A DNA stretch of 64,000 nt from Schmidtea nova (lineage: Eukaryota). The stretch is taken from NCBI GenBank assembly GCA_044892505.1, contig CM097882.1:66092001-66156000 (forward strand). The letters are read 5' to 3'. Made by a program: the position numbers and the translations under genes. Shown piece after piece: positions 35,033 to 47,200 of the stretch. A model generated the notes under the pieces. It searched no databases. It saw only the letters and a list, made by a program, of their open reading frames with translations, and was not told where the DNA came from. The first letter of the stretch is position 1. Every line of letters begins with the position of its first letter.

Positions 35033-36092
35033 TGTTGAGGTTCCAAATATTTGCTATTTGCAATCTCAACTTGTTATTGGGGTGATTCTTATATAAATAT
35101 CAAAAGCAAAGTTTGTTTTTCAAAAGTTTATTAATACAATAAAATTACTTTTTATATCGTTTACAATTTTCTACGAATAACTCAAATTCTTTATTACACA
35201 AATTTAAAAAGAAAAAGTCGTATCAAATCAATTCTTGCAATTGAACCTATTGGGTGACTGTTATGTAGTGCGTGCTATATTTAATTGTGGATCCAATGTT
35301 TCTGATCCGGGTTTTAATAAGTTATTCAAGATTGCCTTGAAAACTCAATTTGCGCTAATTTTAAATCTTGATTTTACACTAGATTTTAAAGCTAGGATTT
35401 TTTTGGGCGTTTTTACTGATTTTTTCTTTAGTTTATATAGTAAAATTTGGTATGGATAAATAATTTAATTTCCGGTCTGATATTAAAATATTATTAAATT
35501 TAGTTTTCAATTTATTCTATACTCTGCGATTAAAATAATTATATTTTAATTTCCTGTCTTGTCGTGATATTAAAATTTTCAATTTATTTATTCTGTGATA
35601 TAATTATATTTTAATTTCCTGCCTTGTCACGATATCAAAATTTCCAAATTATTTCGTATTCTGTGATATTAAAATATTATCCAGATTTAATTATTTTTAA
35701 ATAACTGAATTAAATTATTTTATTTATTGATCTGTTTGTTTTATATGTATATACAACTCATAAAATAATAAAATCAATAAAATCAAGATACACCTAAAAT
35801 AATAAAAGGAATAAAATCAAGATACACCTATTTTATATGTACATGCAAATCATAAACTACACATCAAGATATATTAAAAGAAAACAAATGTTTGTTGAGA
35901 AATGTCACAATAATAAAATGTCACAATCATATTAATTTTCTTGATGGGAGTTGCAATCTTTGTTGTGTGGCTTGGATTGGGATTCTGTGTATTGGGATTC
36001 CGCGTAAATGTTGATCCTATAGCTGTTAGGCCCTGTCCTATAATATTTATTTAGGACAAATGCTTGGATGGGCTTCCCTCGATCATCCAACA
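35033..36092 (-). repeat. 3' LTR (1060 bp)
   Basis: Matches 47581-48640 at a constant offset of 12548. No difference found by eye. Confidence 0.96.
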
Positions 36093-37902
36093 TTCCTCCC
36101 AGGGCCGTCAAGGTAATGTCCTCATTACCTTTTTCACTCAGGACCATTTCAATTTCTTTATCCTTTAATTTCATTATTGTTCTCTTGAATCCTTTCTTGA
36201 TTGCCAGATTTAGGGTATCATCTTCCTCAATTCGTCTTCCGAAATGGGTACATAGTTGTTTTTCCGTTATCTCTTTTTGGTCGGCACTTATAATGAAGCT
36301 AGGTTCTTCCTCCTCTTCTATTTCCATTTCAATGTCAGGTTCTGGTCCTAATTCGTCTTCTGCTTTTATTTTACTCTCCCTTTCTTTTGTGACGTCTTCT
36401 TCGTCGTCTTCCTCAACTGAAAAATACTCTTCGTCCGAATCTAAATCGCATATGTCTTCTCTTTCTTTGTATTTTTGTATTAGTTGCGGTTCGTTTTTGA
36501 TCATTATTTGATTTTCTGGTGGTCCTTCTTCTTTTGTAATCATTAGGTCGTCATCACCATCTTCATGTATTGTTTCTTCCATATCTGAATTTTCATCCAT
36601 TATTATACTTTCTTCTTCGCTTTCCTTCAACTCTTCCATACATGATTTTCTGTTTTGCATCTGGTATAGGTCTCCTTTCATTTCGATATCGTCTGTTATT
36701 GGTGTATCACTTTGTGACGATGTTGAAGCTGCTGAATTCCATTTTATTATAGGTTCCCATTTGTCTTCTACTATTCCATATATTACCTTTAATATTGTTG
36801 TTGTCTTTCTGGCAGAAAATGGCTCACTTTCTACTAATGCTTCATTCAGTCTCTTATCTTTGTACCATCTCTTATGGTATTTAATTACTTGGTAAGCTAA
36901 GTTAGATAGCTTAATTTTGAGTGGATCTACGTTTTTCACGAATGAGCACATAAATTTATCTCCGGCCATTTCTCTCATTCCTGCAATGTTGTCTAGACCA
37001 AATGTTAGCATTTTTAATTTATCTATCATATCAAATCCTATGATTATTTTTCCCCACAACAGCTCTCTAATATCCCATAGCGCCTGGTACTCATCTTCAT
37101 TTCCGACGATACTTTCTTTATTGACCATTGTTTTTTCTGTGCAGAAGTTTTTTATCTTCGTTCTTGGGGTTATCTTTTTGTTGTATATAATTTCACCGTT
37201 GTATTTTCTTATACATACTTCTACTGGTCGCTTGTTGTCATTTTTATCAATTGCAAATTTTGCATCCATGAACATAATTAGTTGGTGTCTCTCTTCTGTG
37301 GATAATTCATTGTGTGTGAAAGAGATTTTTTCATTTATCCAGCTTTGATCGTACCAAGGTTTTGAAGGGATTGGCGGCATTGATTGGAATGGATTTGATA
37401 TCAGAGGGATATAGAGTATCTCGATTCCTATGACACATGGTAAGTTGTTCATTTGGATTATGAGGTGATTAAAATCGTCTGGCATACTTCTGTTGTTTGT
37501 AATTGTTTTGATGATGATTGAACAATTACTTGTTGTGATTATTGGTACTTTATGTTGGCAAATTGATACCTCGGTTTTTGTCATGTGGAATAGGATTCTA
37601 TGTGGTACCTTTTTTCCTTCGATTACCGCTTTGTCGACATTAAGATGTTTTTCAAATGTGCCGATTAGGTCTTTTAATTTTGTTCGTCGAGCTTCATTAA
37701 ATTTGATAATGTGTAGTTCTCTTTCTTCAATTTCCACTTTCATATCATTTGGGATGCATACTTGGTTTGGGAAGCTTCTGATTGTGATTGGATTTCCATC
37801 GGTACATATTTTGTTTTGTAGGGTTTTGTAAAAGTTTAGAGGGTGTTTGTTGATCATAGCCACATAGTTCATAGATCGAGAATAATTTGGCTCTGATTGC
37901 AT
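35932..37902 (-). CDS. ORF2: accessory protein with degenerate DEDDh (REX4/ISG20-like) exonuclease fold, acidic tract and conserved C-terminal domain; overlaps the 3' LTR
   Basis: The frame is open from 38316, but MQSEPN (ATG at 37902) is the more plausible start. FMDAKF...EVCIRKYNGEIIYNKKITP...GKIIIGFDMIDKLKML...KLSNLAYQV...PFSARKT parallels LDCEM...YDxYVKP...GRILVGH...DL..L...SLK.LA...GHSSVEDA. Confidence 0.75.
   Translation of the reverse strand: MQSEPNYSRSMNYVAMINKHPLNFYKTLQNKICTDGNPITIRSFPNQVCIPNDMKVEIEERELHIIKFNEARRTKLKDLIGTFEKHLNVDKAVIEGKKVPHRILFHMTKTEVSICQHKVPIITTSNCSIIIKTITNNRSMPDDFNHLIIQMNNLPCVIGIEILYIPLISNPFQSMPPIPSKPWYDQSWINEKISFTHNELSTEERHQLIMFMDAKFAIDKNDNKRPVEVCIRKYNGEIIYNKKITPRTKIKNFCTEKTMVNKESIVGNEDEYQALWDIRELLWGKIIIGFDMIDKLKMLTFGLDNIAGMREMAGDKFMCSFVKNVDPLKIKLSNLAYQVIKYHKRWYKDKRLNEALVESEPFSARKTTTILKVIYGIVEDKWEPIIKWNSAASTSSQSDTPITDDIEMKGDLYQMQNRKSCMEELKESEEESIIMDENSDMEETIHEDGDDDLMITKEEGPPENQIMIKNEPQLIQKYKEREDICDLDSDEEYFSVEEDDEEDVTKERESKIKAEDELGPEPDIEMEIEEEEEPSFIISADQKEITEKQLCTHFGRRIEEDDTLNLAIKKGFKRTIMKLKDKEIEMVLSEKGNEDITLTALGGMLDDRGKPIQAFVLNKYYRTGPNSYRINIYAESQYTESQSKPHNKDCNSHQEN
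36093..36102 (-). promoter_or_regulatory. Polypurine tract of the 13.6-kb element
   Basis: Minus strand gggaggaa lies immediately before the 3' LTR TGTTGG, inside the ORF2 coding sequence. Confidence 0.8.
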
Positions 37903-38248
37903 TGTTAATTGAAGATACAAGAATCGGGATATTGATTGATAAGTTAGTAAACGATAAAACACTAAGAATATAGCTTGATAATGAGATCGAGATATGATTT
38001 TACGACTTGATTTGTGATTGGGTTGAAAATTGGAACGATTTGATTGGGAGTTGGTTTGATTGTTTGGATTGTGCTGAGGATTTGATGTAAAACTGGCTTT
38101 ATTGGGTTGTTTGCCAAATGGGTGACTTGTTTTTCTAAAAATAAAATGTAAATTTTTATGTTGAGAGCGTATTTCAGGTTTAACCTTATACGCTATTTTA
38201 TAGATACAGATATATGTGATTTTAATATATATTATTGACCAATTTAAC

Positions 38249-41200
38249 TTATACCAATGTAGACCTCGAATATTCACCTGGTATATATTTACCCAAATGG
38301 AAATGCCCTGGTACATTTCTGACCAGTTGGCTCCGATACCGCTGCCTTTTCCATTTGTACTTTTTATAAACTTGTACGCTAGTTATTAAAGCTAAAACTG
38401 CTAATGCTATTATTGATGTTGTGATGACATAAAAAGGCCAATGTGGATTTTTATCTTTTTTACGAAATGCTTGTAGTTCCTCTAAGTTATGTATCACTAT
38501 TGGTCTTCCTTGCCTTATTTTGATAGGTTCTTGTTTTTGTTTTTTGGCATTGTATTGTTTTTGGAGTTTGGCTATTCCAGTGCTTGTTGGTGTTTCGTTT
38601 GTATGTAGTGTGGTATTTAGTCTATTATTTGATGTCGTTGTTGTGCTTTTTGTTATGTTTTGGTTTTTTATTATATCCTTGGGTAATTGTTCTGTTTTTA
38701 TCTCTTTGCATCTCCATGTTGTTGTATCTGTGTTTCTCTGTATGCAGATTTTATATATTGTATTAGGTGTTAGTTTTGTGAAATTAATATAGTTTCCTCT
38801 TTCAATTTCGTTGGTTGTTCTGTCGTCCTTTCCTTTTATCATCTTTGGGCTTTTCCCATTCGTTGTTTGCATGTATAAATCAATTACTCCTCTATTTATG
38901 ATAAATGCTCTGACTTCGTTTGTTGATATTTTTATTAATACTCTGTCAAATTCTATTGTTTCGGTTGAGCCAACAATTGTTATGATTGTTAAGAAGATAG
39001 CTGATATTATTAGTTTGTTGTGAGATCTTAGATTATACTTGTGAGGTTTATCTATCGTGACCTCGGCTTCCGCCAACTTGCATCTGTTGACATGTACTAC
39101 TATTGGATCCTCGTTTTTATGCTTTTGTAAATGTAAATTCTCATTTATTACTTTTACTACTTCATATGGACCTTTATATGGTCTTGCTAATTTTGTTGTC
39201 TTTCCCTTTCCTACTTGTGGTGACATAAGTCTAACCTTATCACCTACTTTAAAGTTGTGTGGTTTACTATTTTTGTCGTAGTCGGCTTTGTATTGTTCTT
39301 GTCTATATTTGACCTTTAGATTGGCTACTTTATACACTTCTTGCAGTTTTTCCTGCATTAGTGTGACATAATCTGGTGCATCTAAATATTGTGATACTCG
39401 AGGTTCAAATATTGTATCTATTGGTGTTGCTGGTTCTCTTAAAAACATTAAATAATACGGCGAATACCCTGTTGTTTCGTTTGGAGTGATATTATGAATG
39501 TATGTGCATTGACTTATGTATTCGTCCCAATCATTTTGATTTTTTCCTACAAAAACAGCTAGTCTGCTTAGTAATGTCCCATTAAATCTTTCTACTAGTC
39601 CATCAGTTTGAGGGTGATACGCTGTTGTGTTGATCTTTTGCATGTTAAAAATATTAGCTACTCGTTTTATTAATTCACTAGTAAAATTTGTTCCTTTATC
39701 TGTTAATAATCTTTTGGGTGTGCCTATCTTGAAAATAATTTTTTCTATAAGCAATTTAGCAACTGTTTCTGCTGTTTCGTCTTTTGTTGGAAATGCTTCT
39801 GCCCATCTAGTAAAATAATCACTAAATACTAGTATATGTTTATTCCCATTAATTGTGGTAGGTAATTTACATAGAAAATCCATTGCACATAGTTCCATTG
39901 GTGATGTCGTTGCTGGAATGGGATGTAACGGCGCTTTTGTTTTTGTACCTGTATTTTTTCTTGTTGCACATATTGTACACGCGTTACACCATCTCTTAAC
40001 ATCTTTCTTTAATTCTTCCCAGTAATATTTTTGTAATAATCTACTTGCTGTCTTTCTAGATGATAAGTGACCTCCTAATGCTCCATCGTGATATTGTAGT
40101 AGGAGTATTTGTCTTAATTTCTGAGGTACTACTATTAATTGCTTACCGTTGAAATCTTCTATTACTACTAATTTCTTTGATATTTTATATTTTGAATTGT
40201 TTTCTTTTCTGATTTCATTCCTTATTCTATTGATCTCTGGGTCTTTCATCTGTTCCTCATATATATCTATTGGCTTTTCTGCTACTAGTGCAAATATTTC
40301 AAGTGCTCCTAATTCTGGTATTCTTGATAGTGCATCTGCGTTTTTATTTATTCTACCTGGTTTATATATAATTTTTAGGTGCATGTCTTGTATTTTCATT
40401 GCCCATTTAAGTAATCTACTTGATGTATCTTTATGTTTCCATAAGCCTTCTAATGGTTTATGGTCTGTTCTTATTATCACTTCAGTTCCGTAGATGTATG
40501 GTTTGAATTGTTTTAGGGCAAATACTATTGCGTAACATTCTTTTTCTATTGTTGAATACCTCAGCTGTGCTCCTTTTAATGTTTTACTGGCATATGCTAT
40601 TACGTAATCTTTCCCTTTCTCTTCTTCTTGGCCTAATACTGCTCCTACGGCTTTCCCGCTGGCATCCTTCATTACTATAAATTGTTTTTCGAAATTTGGG
40701 TATCTTAACACTGGTGCTGTTATCAATCTTTCTTTTAGTTTGTCGAATGCTTCTTGATGTTCTTTTGTCCATTTCTTTTGTATCTTGTTAACTTTATTGT
40801 TAATTTCTTGTACTATTAACACGTCTTTGCATTCTCCTTTTGTTTTAATTCCCTTTGTTAGTTCTATTATAGGTGTTGCTATCTTTGCATAATCTTGTAT
40901 GAATTTACGATAGTATCCTGTTAAGCCTAAAAACCCTTGTACTTGTTGTACTGTTTTTGGTATTGGGAATTTCTTTACAACTTCTATTTTTTCTGGATTT
41001 GGTTTTATCCCTTCTACTGTGACTATATGCCCTAAAAATAATGCCGAAGACTCTGCCCATTTACATTTAGTTGGTTTAATTTTTATCCTTGCTTTTCTTA
41101 GTCTCTCAAGTACGTTTGTTATATCTTTTAGATGTTCCTCGAATGTCTTTGATGATATTAATATGTCATCCATGTAAACTGCGCAGTGTTGTACATTTAC

Positions 41201-44200
41201 TAATATTGTGTTCATTAGACGTTGAAATGTAGCTGGCGCATTAGTTAATCCGAAGGGTAATCGTGTGTACTCATATAAACCATCCTCAATAACAAATGCT
41301 GTTTTTTCTGCATCCCCTTCTTCCATTTGAATTTGCATATACCCCTTATTCGCATCAATGACTGAAAAATACTTAGCATCCCTAAGTTTATCATATTGCT
41401 CTTGTGCTTTTGGGAATGGATATGAATCTTTTACTGTTACATCATTTAATTTACGATAGTCAATGCACATTCTTATTTCTCCGTCTTTCTTTTTGACGGG
41501 TACAATGGGTGATGCCCACTGTGAAAAACTTTGTTTTATTACACCTGCGTCTTTTAATTCTTTAATTTGTCGCTTTATCTCCTCTCTTAGTTTGTATGGT
41601 ACGCTATATGGTCTTTGTTTTATTGGTCTTGCATTGCCCGTATCTATTACATGTTTGATTATGTCAGTATCTCCTAAATCAAATTCATGTTTTGCAAAAA
41701 CATCGCTGTATTCATCTATTAGTGTCTGTAATTGTGCTTGTTGTGTTATTGTTAGGTATTTATTATTGATTTTCACTTTGTCGTATGATTTTATACTATT
41801 TGTCTTACTAGGTTCGACCACTCTTTTGCCGTTATCATTTATCACACTTGTCTCGCTGACTTCATACGTTTTCTCTAATTCACCTTTGAATAATTTTCCC
41901 AATTTCGTACCTTTGTGTATTTTAACATTACTTTTTTCATAATTTGCTATTCTCAATGGTATTATTCCCTTTCTCGGAATTACGCATTCATTGGTTAGCA
42001 TTATATTCTGATTTTGTATAATTGCCGTTTCTGGTTCAAAAATAAAAGTGTCCTCACTTTTGACGTTAACTTTTATGGGGATTATATGATCACACTCATA
42101 TTCTAATTCGAATGCTTCTAATGCAACAACTTCCGTGAACTTGGACTTATGTTTGATAGCTTTTCTTTTAATCGTGTTATCCGTTAAGTCTATGATGCAG
42201 TTATTCAGCTTGTTGAGTATATCGATCCCTAGTATACATATGCTATTGCATTCTTGTACTACTTTAAATATGTGGTGTATTACTTGTTCTGATGTTTCAA
42301 CTACTAATTCAATATCTCCTTTTAGTGGAATGTAGTGTGCTGATAGTGTTACTACTTTATCCGTTGTTTTCATAATATTTCTCTTTTGATCATCTGTCAG
42401 TTGATCTTCTCTAATTAAGGATGTTGCTGCTCCTGTGTCTACTAATGCATTTATGATTATATTGTTTATAATTATTCTAAGTCTTGGTCTTGCTTCGTTT
42501 GCTGCATCTAATCGTTCCATTGTTTCGACTTCTAAGCTATAACAACCATATATCTTTTTAGGTTCACAATGACAATTCTTGTTTTCTCTAGGAATTTTGA
42601 TTTCTATATTTTCTTGTAGCTCTTTTAGTTGTTCTCTTTGGTTTTCATATAGTCCTTGTTGTGGTACATTTCCTTCATGTGATATATGCGCTTTAATTAT
42701 TTCCTCATCGTTTTCATCATCTACCAGTAATTGCCTTTCTTCACTCCTTTGGACTTTTATTAAACGTATTTCCTTGTCGTGTTTCGCCGTAATAAGATAT
42801 TTAGCTATAAATGGGCACAAACATGCTAATAATTTATATGAATTTCCAAATACTTGTTTTAGCTGTCTCAGTGATACTAGAGAAGAACATATCATTTTTA
42901 GTAATGCAACCGTATAATATATACCTAAGATTGTAGAAAACATGTTTCCAAGGACTGCAAAGTATCCCCATATGCTATATAGTACTTTATATGCTACTTT
43001 TTTGAAGTATTCTTTTGATAATAACACATCAAAGTTGTAATTTCCTCCGTAACTTCCTTCGATAACTCTGTTTACCATTATTGAAAGTACTCTTTCTTTT
43101 TCGTTTGGAAATAGCATGTGTTTTCTTGCACTTTCTATAGCTTCTCTCGTATATATGCCATTACTGTCCATATCGTTGATTTCTTTAAACTCTAATCTTT
43201 TTTCTAGCTCTATGAGTTCTAATTTGAGTGGTTTCATTGCCTCCTTTCTATCCGACATAGATATCCACATTTCGTCATTTATTTTGTATAATGGGTCTAA
43301 TAGGTTAGTGCATTTGTCTATTTTTCTCGGTATATATGTTTTTTCTGTTAATATTCTAGTAATTGGTTGAAGGTATACCCTTTCTCCTTTATATATTACC
43401 GGTAATTCATTAGTGCACTGATTATTTGTTGCTAACGATACACTAACAGGTTTACATTGAAATGTCTGTATCACTTCTCCTACTATCCTTGCAAATGTTC
43501 CTTCTTCTGAGAAGATTATTGGTGCCATTAAATCTGGGTTTGTTACCGCCACTGCCATTTTTGTCCTCAATATTTCTCTGTTGAGTTTGCAATCGCTCAT
43601 AATTGTTGATTGATATACTTTATCTAATTGTACTAGTTGGTTATGATAGAAAAAATCGATTTTATTGTTGAAGTATGATGCAAGTTTGACGTCGAATTTA
43701 TTTACTTTTTGTTTTGCATCTTTGACTTCTTCTTTGCTTATGTATATCCCTTCATAATTAGTTTGTATTATTTCCTTACCACATTTTACACTTTTCCTTT
43801 TACTAACAAACCTCATTGCTTCGTTTTCAGATTCTGACATATATATTGTTGGTGTATCTTTTTCTTGTACAATTGTTGTTTTCCTTTTTTGATCTCTCAC
43901 CCTTTTTGAGTCTACTTCTGTGAACTGTTTTCCTTTGATTTCCCTAAATTTTAATGATTTTAATTTTGTTAACTGACAATCATATTTATCTATTTTGTAT
44001 ATTAGCATTGATTCTCCTGTATCGCAATAAGATTCTTCTAATGTACAAAATTTGTATATCATCATTTTCTTTGAGCTGCTGTCGAATGATGCTTTGAACT
44101 TTCTCAGTTCTACCATGTAGTGTCTCCTTACTACAACATTACTCAGTTTTTCGCCCCATATTGTATATTCTCCTCCTTCACAATATCCTCCTTTTGATGT

Positions 44201-47200
44201 CCATCCCACGACATTTACATCTTGTCTCATTTTTGCCCCTATCCTTGCTTCTAATTCTATTCCTTTATGACCGCTATATTTTACTTTTTTTGTTTTAAAT
44301 GCATCTTCACACTCTATTGGTGACAATATTACTGCTTCGGGTGTCCACGTAGGTTTTAACACTGTTCTTGCCCCAACATGACATATATATGCTTCCTCCT
44401 GATACTTTATTATGCACTCTTTGGCCTCTGTATGAATAAAGTCTGATTCTTGATAAACATGGAATATTTGAGGCTCTGACATGATTAATTTAGTTGGATT
44501 TGCTTCAGGGCAATTTTCAACATCTAACAGTGAGTATTTTTGTCCCCACTTTGGATTTTGACAATCATATGCTACCATTGCATTGCCTCCCTTGATTAAA
44601 TCTAATAACAAAGTGATAATGACTATTACTATGGAGGTTATCGATTTACTCTCTGTCTTTGGTTTTACTGTTGCTTTCTTTATTAATTGTTTTATTACCT
44701 CATCTGTATCACTCTCTTTATTCGTCGTATCTTTATCATATAATACTTTCCATCCTCCTTTCTTTTTTATCCATGGTATTGCCTCTACTTTCAATCTTTT
44801 AAACATCATTGTTGCTACTTTTTCTAATTGCTCTTTTGGATTTTCCTTTATGAGCTTTTTATATCTTGCGGCCAAGTATGCCATGGCCGTTATTATTTTA
44901 TCTTTATCTATCCCTGTATTAAACATGATTTTTAACACTGTTTTTTCATTTGCTTCCTCTGTAGCTAGTTCTTTAGTATCCTTTTTAATTAACATCATCC
45001 TTTCAGTTATATTTTCAATAAGTACTGTTGGCTTTGTTTCTGGAAATAGCTTAATATTCATTGCTTTTATTACTTCTTTTATTTTGTTTACGTCATTATT
45101 ATCGTCTTGATACTCTGGTTGTTCATGTTTATGTTGATTTGCAATCTCTCTTAATCGTTCTGCTGTCTTCCTATTCTCCGATTTTTCTATTATTTCTGAT
45201 TTTCGAGGTCTTCCTCTACCTCGTTTTGATGTTTCTGCATCTTTTGTTTTTGCTTCCTCAGCTATTCTTTCTATTGTTTCTTGTAAGTTACTATACTTTT
45301 CATCTATAGGTTTAAATATAATTTCTTCATCCATTACTGATTTCTTTGTTTCGCTAGGTGATTTATCCCATAGCCTAAATAATCTATCAAAATCGTTTTC
45401 TTCATTTATACTCAACTCAACTGACGGTACTGGCGTCATTATTTCATTGATCATTTGTTTTTCTACTGTGGCTACCACAATATTATCACTTACTGGGTTT
45501 ATCCCATAATCGATTAAGTACTCGTCACTTAATAATTCTATTCCGTTAAAATATAATTTTATTACATCTTTCTCTCCTATGGTTCCTGGCCATTTGGCTC
45601 TTACCATTCGTTTTAATTTGCTCACTTTAGTGCAAGTATGCATCTTTTGTTTAATACTAAAAAAATAATTATCATTTGATTCAATCGTTACATTTAGTGT
45701 TTCATGCAATTTTTCATTTTTTCTTATATATTCTCCATAACATTTCAACATCTCTTTTATTTCTATTTCTAATTCAAATACTCTCGTTATATTTTGTCTC
45801 TTTACCATCATTGGTATTAAATTTCTAAGTCTCTCTAAATCAATCCCATTAACCTGTATTTTATTGATTACTCTTAATGTTTCATTGTCATCAAACGGTT
45901 GCTTATGCAATACCTCTTTAAATTCCTCTATTAATTCTTTTTGTCTATTTTCTTCTGTAAGAAATATTTCATCTGCTTTTCTAATTTCCTTTAACTCATC
46001 ATTATCAATATCTACTTCATTTGTAAAGGTGCTAAATTCATTTATAGACATTTCAAGTTTTCTCTCAATAAGTCTTCCATATTGAGTTTTAAATTCTTTT
46101 AGTTCCTCTCTTAATATATTTATTTCTTTATTTGCTGATTCGAGCTCAGCACTATTTACTTGTTTTATCTCAGGCTCATTTTTAAATCTTACTCTTATTG
46201 GTGAATCTGCTCGTGGTTTATTACATACCTTTGCTAGGTGGCCATACTTTTGGCAATTATAACATTTTATTTGTCCATTGAAATTCACTTTATCTCTACC
46301 ATCATTATTATAAGTATTTCTCTTCACTGGGCTATCTTGCCTATTTCTCGAATTATCTCTATATCTATTATCTCTTCTATTATATTCGAAGCGACTATCT
46401 CTATTATTTTTATTATATCCACTGTAACTGTTTCTGTTATAACCAGAACGACTATCTCTAAAATTATCTCTGTTGTCTCTATCATTATCTCTATCAAAAC
46501 GATTGTCTCTAAAACTGTCTCTATTATTGTTTCTTTGATAACTATCTTTAAAATTATTTCTATTTCTATTATCGAAATTTTTATTTCCTGGACTACTAAA
46601 CCTTCCCCTGTTTTCAGGTGATTGGCTTCTATTAGGACTAAATTTTCTTCTATTATTGACAAAATTCAAGTACAATTGTTTCATTTCTTCCCAGGGAATA
46701 CTATCATCCTTATTTCTCAACTCAGGTTTTACCTCGGGTTGTTTTTCAACTTCTACAGCATCTACCTCTGGTTTAAATCTATCTCTTTGTATTGCTTCGA
46801 TACGTTTTGCCTTTTGAACTAACTCATTTAAGTCTTCATACTCAATTGTAATTAATGCTTTGTATAAATATTTTTGGATGCCGTTCCAAAACTGATCCTC
46901 AATTAATTTACTAGTGTGATCTCCGGCACCAAATGCCTTTTTTGCTAATTCTGTTATCGTGTATATATATTCACCTACTGATTCTCTGGCTCCTTGGTAT
47001 CTACTTCTAAATTTTTGAACATTTATTTTTTGTAAGTCTCTATCTATTACTATTTCTTTTCTAAGGTTTGTAACTAACTCTTGATAATTAATGCCTTTAC
47101 ATAATAAATTATTGTATGCTTGTAATGCGTATCCTTTTAAATATAATGGAATTCGTTGTTTTAATTCATTTGTTTTCCATCCGCAAGCCTCTGCATATTG

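Noticed and set aside
41880-42150. Beta-rich segment between protease and RT as a captured dUTPase
   Set aside because: No dUTPase catalytic motifs; similar linker domains are common in Gypsy pol.
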